Assembly (NCBI RefSeq): GCF_031769215.1 | Contig: NW_026782102.1 | Location: 186,001-250,000, forward strand | DNA length: 64,000 nt | Reading direction: 5' to 3' | DNA from: Ylistrum balloti | Taxonomy: Eukaryota | Shown: positions 14,401-27,444 of the stretch, piece by piece | Numbering within the stretch: the first letter of the stretch is position 1 | Layout: each line of letters opens with the position of its first letter | Translations under genes and position numbers: made by a program | The notes under the pieces: generated by a model | What the model was told of the DNA's origin: nothing | The model's database searches: none | What the model saw: only the letters and a program-made list of their open reading frames with translations

Positions 14401-16571
14401 GTAGTTTTAAAGTCCTCGTTCATAAGTTTTCAGATGACGACATTTTGACTAGTAGTATACCCATGTACTTGACGTACTTTAAGAATTATCAATCACCAAA
14501 AATTACATATTACATATAAAATCTTTGTGCACCTGGCCTGCTGTTGTCTAACGTTGATTTACGTCGATTTTGTTCCCGACTCCTGTTTTGGATGGCACCA
14601 CTTATGTCATCAGGCTTTAGTCAAAATGAAGACACATCTAGAAGACAAAAAAAGCTTTATAGTGCAAGTCAATTCATAGTTCATTATATGGTGTTTTTGT
14701 GTTGTTATTCACCTGTGTCGTTTGTACAATTTTAATGAGAAAGACTTGTTTACACAAATGGTAATAAATTTTACATTACGAGATAATATTAACATTCGCT
14801 CTGCCATCTGCTATATATAGATTTTATCAGGGAAAACGACTTTCATCAGACATTGACATCTGCCCCTCGTCGTTCCATTACTGAAACACTGAAATTGTAA
14901 CTGGTACCGCTGTATCGTGACGTCACAACACTTTTACAATCAATTCCGTGTTTGGTCCGTTTTATTACTTTTTTTGATCAACTCCATCGTGTAAGATGCT
15001 TTTTTTTGCTCTTTATGACCGATACCTGATTTTGGTAATGTAGTTACAAATAATGAAGTGTTTTCTTTGCGTAAATTGCAAGATGTCCCTCTGGCAAATC
15101 TTAAAGTGTGTCCTGGGATTTGCCAGTAGGTCATCTGCACTCGCTATGGTATCGACTATAATTATGTTAGGAAAACACTTCCTTGTTTCAATAACATCCG
15201 CGTGCCATGGGGCAATGTGTAGAAAGAGGAACAACACTACAACAGACACAGAACATTTTACTATCTGACCATACGTCTCTCCTGTAGAAATGAAATAATA
15301 TGTATGTATCAATTATAAAGACTGATAAGAGTAATGCACGTGTAGAAACAGTGCAACAACAAACATTGTACACCAAGTAACGGGCTGGATATCACAAAAA
15401 CCAATACAATTATAAAGCAGATTAGAACCGACGTTTCACAAGCGAAATCACTATTTCCTAATGAGAATGGCTATGTAAATTCTAACCCACAAAACGTCCG
15501 AGCAAAACCATAACGTATCATTCTCGATGAAAACAGCAAGTAGGTAGTGGTAGTGTGGAATGTTATGTCGATGACATCGAGCGAAAAAAAGTAAACTTGT
15601 ATACCAGTTTACTGACGAATCGATGTGTTCAATCTTATCAAACAGACTGGGCCACGTCATTACAGAGCAATGACGTCAGTTAATGGAAATCTATATACAA
15701 ACCGTGTACTATATCTGTACTGTTATGTCTCGTCTCTGTGGTTTTCAAACGGCCACATCGGTCTTTCTGGTGCTAGTTTGAAGGTTGGTTTTTTAAAAAT
15801 CATCTCTCGGCCAGTTTAATTTCCGATCTAAAATGAAACGGGATCACCATGAATATTGATACCGAAATATGGATTGAAAGTTATTTTTAGCCTTAATGGC
15901 GGTATGAAGGTTTCGATTGTTACATGACGTCAGTTTTCAATATAAAACCCAATACAATGTTGAAATATTGTATCTTCATAGCACCATGAGTATTAAAACA
16001 TGTATATATATATATCGTCTCATCTAGCAATACCCAACATCCCCCCTAATAACTATGTGAACTGCTATCGCATAATTTACGTATAAAATCAATGAAATTA
16101 CATTCCCGAAGGAACATAAAAATTCATTAATTTATTTGGCCCATTTCTGAATTATCACCCTCCAGAAATATTACCATTATGACTCAAAAAGCTGAACGTG
16201 ATAAAACCGTTTACTTATAGAGCAAAGAACTTTACTGATTGATTTGATACCCAAGCCAGTACGCGATTACAAATTACCATGAAAATTGTTTAAATCGAAG
16301 ATTAAATCAAGCAAACCTGACTTTCAACTCCTGTTTCAGATATTTATAATATTTTATCTCAACTTTAATGGAATTATCCAAAATATAATAGTCTTACTTA
16401 TCTTAATGATAATCGACAACATCCATTCTATTTTACAGCAAGGCCTATCTTTCATCAGGAATAAGATATTTTCATTATATATCCATTGACAAGAAAAAAA
16501 GATACTACTTGGTGAGTTAAAATTGAGGCGAGTATTTCAATTTATGATAATTAAGTAGTCCCTTAAATATC

Positions 16572-17855
16572 ATCTGTCTGACCTGTTACAGGACCTGTGA
16601 TAACCTTAGATATACTTAATCTGTCTGACCTGTTACAGGACCTGTGATAACCTTAGATATACTTAATCTGTCTGACCTGTTACAGGACCTGTGATAACCT
16701 TAGATATACTTAATCTGTCTGACCTGTTACAGGACCTGTGATAACCTTAGATATACTTAATCTGTCTGACCTGTGATAACCTTAGATATACTTAATCTGT
16801 CTGACCTGTTACAGGACCTGTGATAACCTTAGATATACTTAATCTGTCTGACCTGTTACAGGACCTGTGATAACCTTAGATATACTTAATCTGTCTGACC
16901 TGTTACAGGACCTGTGATAACCTTATACTTAATCTGTCTGACCTGTTACAGGACCTGTGATAACCTTAGATATACTTAATCTGTCTGACCTGTTACAGGA
17001 CCTGTGATAACCTTAGATATACTTAATCTGTCTGACCTGTTACAGGACCTGTGATAACCTTAGATATACTTAATCTGTCTGACCTGTGATAACCTTAGAT
17101 ATACTTAATCTGTCTGACCTGTTACAGGACCTGTGATAACCTTAGATATACTTAATCTGTCTGACCTGTTACAGGACCTGTGATAACCTTAGATATACTT
17201 AATCTGTCTGACCTGTTACTGGACCTGTGATAACCTTAGATATACTTAATCTGTCTGACCTGTTACAGGACCTGTGATAACCTTAGATATACTTAATCTG
17301 TCTGACCTGTTACAGGACCTGTGATAACCTTAGATATACTTAATCTGTCTGACCTGTTACTGGACCTGTGATAACCTTAGATATACTTAATCTGTCTGAC
17401 CTGTTACAGGACCTGTGATAACCTTAGATATACTTAATCTGTCTGACCTGTTACAGGACCTGTGATAACCTTAGATATACTTAATCTGTCTGACCTGTTA
17501 CAGGACCTGTGATAACCTTAGATATACTTAATCTGTCTGACCTGTTACAGGACCTGTGATAACCTTATACTTAATCTGTCTGACCTGTTACTGGACCTGT
17601 GATAACCTTAGCTATACTTAATCTGTCTGACCTGTTACAGGACCTGTGATAACCTTAGATATACTTAATCTGTCTGACCTGTTACAGGACCTGTGATAAC
17701 CTTAGCTATACTTAATCTGTCTGACCTGTTACAGGACCTGTGATAACCTTAGATATACTTAATCTGTCTGACCTGTTACAGGACCTGTGATAACCTTAGA
17801 TATACTTAATCTGTCTGACCTGTTACAGGACCTGTGATAACCTTACATATACTTA
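16572..17855. repeat. 47-bp minisatellite, ~27 copies
   Basis: Unit atctgtctgacctgttacaggacctgtgataaccttagatatactta; very homogeneous, with recurrent 14-nt and 5-nt deletion variants. Confidence 0.98.
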
Positions 17856-18719
17856 ACTAATGTATCGGGACACCATGCTTGTACATTGTATGAAGTATCA
17901 GTGGGTGATTTTGTGGTAACAAGTTTATTGCTTTATCACGAAATCTAGTTTTCTTTATTTGTCGATTCGATCAAACAATGTGTTTAGTATTAACCTCTGA
18001 CCTCAAGTCGATATCTTTATTAGAATGAGAAACCTTACAGTATTGTAATCTGTTGTGAAACCAATCATTTTAATATGTTGAACAATATATGTCAATAGAG
18101 GGATGAGAGAGATTCCGTCACCAGGAAACGTTTTAGGTCAATTGATATACCAAACAGAAGGGTGAGAGAGACGAAGGTTTCATCTCCAGGGGACGTTTCA
18201 GATCATTCAACATACCACAGAGGTTAGATAGAGACCAAAGTCTGTCTGAAATTGTCATGTTTAAAACTTAACAACATTATTTGAATCCTTTAACTTAATG
18301 ATATAGAATGTGGGGCTGACTGCCGTTTTATCGATATACATTGTGCAGGAGTAATAAGAAAACAAATTGATGTCTCGTGACAGGATATTTGTGATTGACG
18401 TATCTGGCAAGGTCTTCTGTTCGTCTTCCATAATATTTTATAATGTCACGTTGCTTTTCTCTCATTGATCTCACGCTGACCTCCAAACTAATCGTTAATG
18501 GCGACTCACCCGTGATGGCGGTACTCTGTACCTCCACAAACGACATCAAACATATCATTGGACATACTTCGTGTAACGATTAGACCGGAGTGAGCTTTAT
18601 TGGTATGTATTTATTACTGATAAAGATAGAAATCTAATTTCCTTTGATAAAGTACCAAAACGAAACTGTTTATCTTCGTCAGTTCCACTGACGTAACATC
18701 TTCTATATATTCTACAGTA

Positions 18720-20716
18720 ATCAGTACTGATGTTAATGGCTTGGTGTCGAGCACTCACACACAAAGAGGGCAATAGGCATTCAGTACTGATGTTAATGGC
18801 TTGGTATCGAGCACTCGCACACTTAGAGGGCAGGATTTATTCAGTACTGATGTTAATGGCTTGGTGTCGAACACTCACACACATAGAGGGCAGGATTTAT
18901 TCAGTACTGATGTTAATGGCTTGGTGTCGAGCACTCACACACATAGAGGGCAGGATTTATTCAGTACTGATGTTAATGGCTTGGTGTCGAGCACTCACAC
19001 ACACACAGAGGGCAGGATGTATTCAGTACTAATGTTAATGGCTTGGTGTCGAGCACTCACACACATGTATAGAGGACAGGATGTATTCAGTACTGATGTT
19101 AATGGCTTGGTGTCGATCACTCACACACACACAGGGCAGGATCATACTGTACTGATGTTAATGGCTTGGTGTCGAGCACTCACACACATAGAGCAAGATG
19201 ATTCAGTACTGATGTTAATGGCTTGGTGACGTGCTCTCACACACGTAGATGGCAGAATGTATTAAGTACTGATGTTAATCGCTTGGTGTCGAACACTCAA
19301 ACACAAATAGGACAGGAGACATTCAGTACTGATGTTGATGGCTTGGTGTCGATGGCTTGGTGTCGAGCACTCACACACATGTATAGAGGGCAGGGTGTAT
19401 TCAGTACTGATGTTAATGGCTTGGTGTCGATCACTCACACACATGTATAGAGGGCAGGATGTATTCAGTACTAATGTTAATGGCTTGGTGTCGATCACTC
19501 ACACACACAGAGGGCAGGATGTATTCAGTACTAATGTTAATGGCTTGGTGTCGAGCACTCACACACATGTATAGAGGGCAGGATGTAATCAGTACTGATG
19601 TTAATGGCTTGATGTCGAGCACTCACACACATGTATAGAGGGCAGGATGTATTCAGTAGTAATGTTAATGGCTTGGTGTCGAGCACTCACACACACAGAG
19701 GGCAGGATTATTCAGTACTGATGTTAATGGCTTGGTGACGTGCTCTCACACACGTAGATGGCAGAATGTATTAAGTACTGATGTTAATCGCTTGGTGTCG
19801 AACACTCAAACACAAATAGGACAGGAGACATTCAGTACTGATGTTGATGGCTTGGTGTCGAGCACTCACACACACACACAGAGGGCAGGATCATTCAGTA
19901 CTAATGTTAATGGCTTGGTGTCGAGCACTCACACATATGTATAGAGGGCAGGATGTATCCAGTACTGATGTTAATGGCTTGGTGTCGAGCACTCACACAC
20001 ATAGAGCAAGATGATTCAGTACTGATGTTAATGGCTTGGTGACGTGCTCTCACACATGTAGATGGCAGAATGTATTAAGTACTGATGTTAATCGCTTGGT
20101 GTCGAACACTCAAACACAAATAGGACAGGAGACATTCAGTACTGATGTTGATGGCTTGGTGACGAGCACTCACACACACACAGAGGGCAGGATGTATCCA
20201 GTACTGATGTTAATGGCTTAGTGTCGAGCACTCACACACATGTATAGAGGGCAGGATGTATCCAGTACTGATGTTAATGGCTTGATGTCGAGCACTCACA
20301 CACATGTATAGAGGACAGGATGTATCCAGTACTGATGTTAATGGCTTGATGTCGAGCACTCACACACATGTATAGAGGGCAGGATGTATTCAGTAGTAAT
20401 GTTAATGGCTTGGTGTCGAGCACTCACACACACAGAGGGCAGGATTATTCAGTACTGATGTTAATGGCTTGGTGTCGAGCACTCACACACATAGAGCAAG
20501 ATGATTCAGTACTGATGTTAATGGCTTGGTGACGTGCTCTCACACACGTAGATGGCAGAATGTATTAAGTACTGATGTTAATCGCTTGGTGTCGAACACT
20601 CAAACACAAATAGGACAGGAGAAATTCAGTACTGATGTTGATGGCTTGGTGACGAGTACTCACACACATCGAGGGTACAATGCATTCAGTACTGATGTTG
20701 ATGGCTTGGTGTCGAA
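18720..20716. repeat. ~60-bp minisatellite with variable CA core and higher-order structure, ~33 copies
   Basis: Unit ttcagtactgatgttaatggcttggtgtcgagcactcacacacatagagggcaggatgta; length varies in the (CA)n part. Confidence 0.97.
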
Positions 20717-20739
20717 AACTCTTTGGTTAACAAAAGCTG

Positions 20740-20880
20740 ATTAATTCCAATTCAGAATAAAACGAGGGCAGAAAGAATAAAATCAGTTCTTTCAAAAGAA
20801 CATGGAAAACAAGACCGGATACTCCGGAAGGAAATGTGTTTGTGTTTCATCGATAAATCTACCATGAAAATTGTTATCAG
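20740..20880 (-). mobile_element. Same family, degenerate, abutting the 60-bp array
   Basis: aataaaacgagggca ... aacaagaccggatactccggaagg ... tttcatcgat. Confidence 0.5.
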
Positions 20881-21768
20881 TTCAAGTAATTAATGTCCTT
20901 CTCAATCAGATTTGCAAAACGAAACCATCAGGCATACCTGCATACACGTCTATCTTTACGTCGTGTCTGAATAACGGCATCTACTTATTTTCAAACGAAA
21001 ATGTTTTTGAAACGTTGTGAATGTTTACCATACGAACTCTGCGAAACATGATAAGAAAAGTGAAAATAACAGCATCTCCTTTCAGGCACCCGATTGAAGA
21101 AAAGATTCATCATGCCCGCGGTCCTAAGTAAGGGGTTTTCATGTCTGGTGTCGGAGGAATGTAATTTGACTGTGTTGTCGTGTCTTGTATCTTAAGGGAC
21201 TGTTGTACCCAATCTACCTGACCTAGCAGATTGGCTTGTTTTCTTATAAAGTTTTAATTAGTTATTACGTTGAACACAAAAGATACCTGAGATAGGCCAT
21301 CCTGTATACTATAACCAAACTGGGAGGCGTTAGTAGGTCGTTAGCCATACCGACCTGTTAGCACGACATTCAAGTCAACATCAATCAGACCAATCGTATA
21401 AAACATCATGCGTTTTCATATCTCAAATAATAAATCAAGTTCATGTCTGTGCTTCCTAAATCTTCCCAAAAATTTCATATCTGTGCATCACGCTCATAAC
21501 TTCAAAGCGTTTGTTTAACCTTGCGTGCCAACTTTTAAGGTAGGCGTGACTCACAGACGCGGCCTAAGCCGTTTGATGGCAGCTTATTATGGTCCAGGAA
21601 ACACTGCTTTTATGATATATTAATTATAGACATGATAAAAGCATGTAGTATCACCTTGTTATGGACGGTGCGCCAATCTGAGCCACGCGAGCGTTGCAGG
21701 ACAGGCCGGCGCGTGATTTCTCATCTCAGGATCAATGCCGAAATACACAAAGTACCTTAAAATGTAGC

Positions 21769-23013
21769 CAAATCAGTGTGTATCTGTGTAGTATAGTGTG
21801 TTACTGTAGACAAATCAGTGTGTATCTGTGTAGTATAGTGTGTTACTGTAGACAAATCAGTGTGTATCTGTGTAGTATATGGTCTTTACTGTAGACAAAT
21901 CAGTGTCTTTCTTTGTAATATAGTGTGTTACTGTAGACAAATCAGAGTGTATCTGTGTAGTATAGGGTGTTACTGTAGACAAATCAGTGTGTATCTGTGT
22001 AGTATAGGGTGTTACTGTAGACAAATCAGTGTGCATCTGTGTAGTATAGGGTGTTTACTGTAGACAAATCAGTATCTTTCTTTGTAATATAGTGTGTTAC
22101 TGTAGGCAATCAGTGTGTATCTGTGTGGTATAGGGTGTTTACTGTAGACAAATCAGTGTATTTTTGTGTAGCATAGTGTGTTACTGTAGACAAATCAGTG
22201 TGTATATGTGTAGTATAGAGTGTTACTGTAGACAAATCAGTGTGTATCTGTGTAGTATATGGTGTTTACTGTAGGCAATCAGTGTGTATCTGTGTAGTGT
22301 AGGGTGTTACTGTAGACAAATCAGTGTGTATCTGTGTAGTATAGAGTGTTACTGTAGACAAATCAGTGTGTATCTGTGTGGTATTGTATGTTACTGTAGA
22401 CAAATCAGTGTGTATATGTGTAGTATAGGGTGTTACTGTAGACAAACCAGTGTGTATCTGTGTAGTATTGGTTGTTACTGTAGACAAATCAGTGTGTATC
22501 TGTGTAGTGTAGGGTGTTACTGTAGACAAATCAGTTTGTATTTGTGTAGTATAGAGTGTTACTGTAGACAAATCAGTATGTATCTGTGTAGTATAGAGTG
22601 TTACTGTAGACAAATCTGTGTGTATATGTGTAGTAGAGGGTATTACTGTAGACAAATCTGTGTGTATCTGTGTAGTATAGAGTGTTTCTGTAGACAAATC
22701 TGTGTGTAGCTGTGTAGTATAGAGTGTTACTGTAGACAAATCACTGTGTATCTGTGTAATATAGGGTGCTTACTGTAGACAAATCAGTGTGTATCTGTGT
22801 AGTGTAGGGTGTTACTGTAGACAAATCAGTTTGTATTTGTGTAGTATAGAGTGTTACTGTAGACAAATCAGTGTGTATCTGTGTAGTATGGAGTGTTACT
22901 GTAGACAAATCAGTGTGTATCTGTGTAGTGTAGGGTGTTACTGTAGACAAATCTGTGTGTATCTGTGTAGTATAGGGTGTTACTGTAGACAAATCAGTGT
23001 GTATCTGTGTAGA
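21769..23013. repeat. 42-bp minisatellite, ~30 copies
   Basis: Unit caaatcagtgtgtatctgtgtagtatagggtgttactgtaga; it explains the RQISVYLCSIGCYC and TTQIHTDLSTVTLY ORFs. Confidence 0.98.
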
Positions 23014-23104
23014 GTACTTCTAACGAACATCGAACAAATTATAGAATAGAATGTTCATGGTTATTCTCTGTCACGATGGCTTTTCTTTCTTTTCGCTAAG
23101 GGTT

Positions 23105-23375
23105 ATTTTCTTTGTCATTTTGGCTATTGTTGGAATACTCTTACACGTTCAGTGTTTTTTTTTTCTTTGATGCTGGTGTTTGTTGGGATACTTTGACATG
23201 TTCTGGGTTATCTACTCCACCAAATTGGTGTTTGTTGGGTATTAGGATATTTAAATACCATCGGGTTTAGTTTTCTCTGTCATACTGGTGTTTGTAGGGA
23301 CATTGAGATACATTCAGTGTCAGTTTTCTCTGTCATGTTGGTATTTGAAGGGACATTGTGTCACATCATTGTTGT
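23105..23375. repeat. Degenerate ~55-bp tandem repeat, 4-5 copies
   Basis: Recurring ttttctctgtcat..ctggtgtttgt.ggga.a.. blocks. Confidence 0.6.
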
Positions 23376-24739
23376 CTGAATGTAGTAATACCTACATTCA
23401 CGTGTCCTATATATTCACAAATCACTTATCCAACAAATCTTAAAATCAACCAACCCATCATATTGAACATCAGTCACTACTCGTGTTTAATTATCTTCAT
23501 GTCGTTCCAATTCCGGTTTTCCTATCGCTCCGGATATGAATGCCCAGTCTACATTAAAAACTTACCAAGATAGACTAGCACAAACGTTACGACATGCTGT
23601 TTTCATTTTCGAGGAAATAGTTTTGAATTTGACTTTTGGCAGTTCATGTCTTGTGATAGCAAGCGTTACTGATGCTGTAACTTAATGCTGACATACCATA
23701 ACTGGATGGTTTTTGGATAGAACTTTTCGTATACTTGCATAATTTCCTCTCGTATTTTATAATATTGTACAAAAAACAAGTGATCGAGCACTTTTAAATA
23801 CATATTAAGAATAACCATAGAACAAAAATTATCGCTCAGCTGTTTCATCATTGAAATGATCTGTCAGTGACGTTGATATAGAAGGCGACAACTAAGAGAA
23901 AATATAGATAGAAAAGTGAACTAACCTTGGGGCACAGTATCTGTGGTTATGGGCAGTATGAGGAAGTACAATGTGATCTTTAGATAGACCGGTCTGAAAG
24001 TTTCACGGTCAACAATAGATATTAGTATACAAATTAATACTAGTGAACGCAAGCGTTATTAAGGTTAAGTACCATCAGGACTAAACCAAAAGACACAATT
24101 AGAAATAAACATTAAACAATATCAACCATAAAAAAAGGATGTTTACTCTGTGATTGTCGAAGAACATAAAAAGAGGGGGAAAGAGGGAACAAAGCAACAT
24201 TTCTTATCCAAATATAGACACTCACAATGTAAGATCTTTGTCAGATCTATGATTCAAACATATTTTATTGTCATCATTATCAGCAACAGGAGTGGACACA
24301 CGTTGTTACAGCATTATTTAAGCTATTCCCAAAAACAAGTTACACATACAACATTTGGCAAACAAAAATTATAATCAAAAGCAAACTGGAAAGCTACTTG
24401 GTCTTCGAAGTAAGAAAATATATTGGACTTACTGTAATTTAAAACCGATTGCTAGATTTCATGCAATATCATTTCTAAGTGTCTACAGGCAGATTTTCCT
24501 TTCCAGAAAGAAGTAAATATAAAATTTTGAAAATGCTACATTTTCAGGATTAAGACAAAACAAGTCTCTGTTGTTAATAATTGGGACATTAAAAGAAAAA
24601 AATTGAAACCATTTTCACAGGGATTTCCACATGAGGTTTCGGCGTCAGATATACAGAGAATAAATCATATTTCACAGAATTATATCGATGACGTGGCTTT
24701 GTGTTAATTATATTTAACTTCTTGTCAGCAAATACGTAG

Positions 24740-25592
24740 GTTGTGGTTAGATTGGAGTTGTAGAAGATTGGAAAGTTTGCGTAGATGGTATAGATCTAGA
24801 TGTTGTATTAAGTGCACTCCATAGCCAAAGTGTGGAAGGAAGAAAGGAGGAATTCGTTCGAGGTAGCCTGTAATGAGGAATCCTGTCTGTCTGGAATAGT
24901 TTGACCAACAATTGGAGATAACAAAGAATTCAAAACGTCTGGATCTAAACCATTATTCGTCTTATACAATAATTGTAATTCCTTTCCCTTCTAAGTGAGA
25001 GAGCTTGAAGACCTGTTTCAACATGAAGAGAATAGTTACTAGCAAAAGTGGGTAAACCTGGACTTTTCCCAATAAATTAGAACTGTGCACAATACTTCCT
25101 TCCCATAATTCATTTGCACATTCTAACACTGGTAAAATAAAAGTCCTTTATATTGTAACATTGTGTCACGTTTGAGCATATAATTCAAATTAAATTTCTT
25201 AAACAATTGAGCTTTTTCATAACTGAAAAATAAATATTTTCAATGGGATTACTCCATTCGCCTTCAACATTGAATGTGACACCCACGCGTCTACGACAAT
25301 CTCTGAAATTTGAAAATATACCATCAAATATAAATTCCAGATATTCATTCAAGTTAATCGAATTTGTTATCAAAAGAACTTCTGTTTTATTAAAATTGAC
25401 AAGCCATTGTTTTACAATGCAACAAATTTCTGATTAAATGTTGTTTGTAAATCATCACATGAAGAAGATGTACCAATTAATGACGTATCATCCGCAAATA
25501 GACAGAAAGCCGAGCGTAAAATATTCGCAATATCGTTTATATAGACAAGTAATAATAAGGGGCCTGAGATAGAACCCTATGGAACTCCACCC
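24740..25592 (-). mobile_element. Decayed non-LTR (CR1/L2-type) reverse transcriptase 3' fragment
   Basis: Minus-strand translation GGVP*GSISGPLLLLVYINDIANILRSAFCLFADDTSLI (GVPQGS and FADD motifs, with a stop), then WSNPIENI...KKLNCLRNL and SSFLPSTLWLWSAL. Confidence 0.88.
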
Positions 25593-25929
25593 CTCTTATC
25601 TTAGTTATGTATAGATCCCCAAGTACAGCCAACGAGAAGAACAGTAACGAAAATTTCAAATTAAAACTACGGTTCATATATACCATACCTGTTCTGTTCT
25701 TCAGATCTATTTGCGATATTTTTGCATCCGCACACTGTCCACGGCTGTTACTGTAATGAGTGTATGGTAAGTGTTTACGACCTTACTCAGAGTAATGTTA
25801 GCCGTTTTATTTGTGTTTCGTCACAGTTTTTTTATTGGTTCTCTAGTTAAACAGGAGATCCGAGAGGTTTCCTGACGCCCGTTATTCAATGGTTTTAACT
25901 GGTTTGGTGCAAAATTGACCTTCACCTTT

Positions 25930-26377
25930 CCCTCTTAATCATTTGATAGCAAGGAATCTTCCATTTAAATCTAAGCAAACTCTAACAAGAAATTTCAGTG
26001 AAATAGCGATAATAAACTTCAACTGTCAAAATCCAAGATGGTCTCGTGTCAGCCAATTTATTGATTTTCCGAAGCAAACACAAAATCCTTCCAGTACTAG
26101 CAGTAACAAAAATTTAAAAAAAGTCCATAATGGCTGCCTAACGGTCTTTTTTTCACTCTCCGGCACAATGGGAAATATACACATCATGCTTGAGAAATAT
26201 CATTTCAGTACATCTCAAGAAATATCGATACTAATTTTCAACTGTCAAAATTCAAGATGGCCACATGAAGATCATTTTGCTTTACTGACCAGTCTAAAAT
26301 CGGGTGCATCGGTAGCCGTGATCGCTCATTCGTTGGGAGGAACAGCCAAATGCATTGTGGGCTACAGACCTCTTGTT
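25930..26377 (-). mobile_element. Helentron-associated (HINE/Helitron-N2-like) non-autonomous element relic
   Basis: Two internal ~220-bp-spaced copies of ttcaactgtcaaaat(c/t)caagatgg, and terminus gggctacagacctcttgtt (AACAAGAGG on minus). These are features I associate with bivalve HINEs. Confidence 0.55.
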
Positions 26378-26569
26378 TCAGTATGGGGCTCGTCCCCTGC
26401 TTTAGGCGATGACTGTCGGGTTTGCTGTCCCCACTAAATGTATTTCGTTGTGCATCCTGGTATATGTTATGTATCTAGATGACTATGGGTGTTGACAATA
26501 AAACATATAAATGCATCAATGATATATAAAATGTATACACCAAAACAACAACCAAAATCAACATGTGAA

Positions 26570-26760
26570 CAGAATCACTTTCCAAACCCAAATTCAACAA
26601 GACCTGGCCAAACAAGGAACAAAGAAAAGATTTACACAGACACTCCAGGAAAAAAGTACATGGAGAATCAAACCAGGTGTTACGGAAGAGTAACCGTCAT
26701 CGACTTCTTCAATGACATCCGTATGATATGAAATATTGGTCAATCCTAGTAAGTGATGCC
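26570..26760 (-). mobile_element. Same family
   Basis: gacactccaggaaaaaagtacatggagaatcaaaccaggtgttacggaagagtaaccgtcatcgacttcttcaatgacatccg. Confidence 0.6.
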
Positions 26761-26899
26761 ATTTTCTAAAGTGGAAACAAGGTATACAACAACTTAACAG
26801 GCCAATTAATGAGCATCAAACACGTTCAGCTTCATATCACACACAGAAATATAATATTTCTTAATAAGATTACTATGGCGACCATTAAAACTTTCGCAT

Positions 26900-27250
26900 A
26901 ATTTTCATCAACCTGCATTACTTTAAACCCTGTGTTGCGAGATTTTGTATCAGTTGACAACCTTGTGCACGGTAAAGAACAGTCCCTTCGTTATATAATC
27001 GACTGCGACATGTAAACACCATAAATTTGGGAAAATTCATAACAAAGAAATTGAAATATCTATAGCTATATCTGCTGGTGATTCGAGAAATCAGTGAAGG
27101 AATTTCACACTTATATGCAAAGATTCGCACAACTAGATACATAAAGGAACCTACATATGAATTTTGAAAAATACCCTGTACTGTGCGATGATAAAGGTCA
27201 TTTACGGACAGACAACGGACAGCTGACGGACGTCCTAGAAAAGAGGTTTG
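26900..27250 (+). mobile_element. HINE-like fragment with (GACG/GACA) microsatellite-like tract
   Basis: cggacagacaacggacagctgacggacg at ~27205-27232. Confidence 0.35.
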
Positions 27251-27444
27251 TGACTTACAATGTTTTGTCCAATCGACCCTGTGCCGTTTGAATTTTTTTT
27301 TCAAATAACCACTTCTAATCTCTTTCCAATATGCTGATGGTATTCATGGCTTGCCGCGCTAATGTTTTAAAAAATATTCGAATTTCTGTTCTTTCTGTTG
27401 CTAAATTAGCACATGCGAACTCGGAAGATTATTGATGGATTCTG

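Noticed and set aside
18720-20716. CRISPR-like look (constant ~40 nt plus variable ~20 nt)
   Set aside because: The variable parts are related variants of one CA-rich sequence, not unique spacers. The context is eukaryotic and there are no cas genes.
21694-23049. Cys-rich and Thr-rich repeat ORFs
   Set aside because: They are translations of the 42-bp minisatellite on both strands, with no unique domain or splice context.
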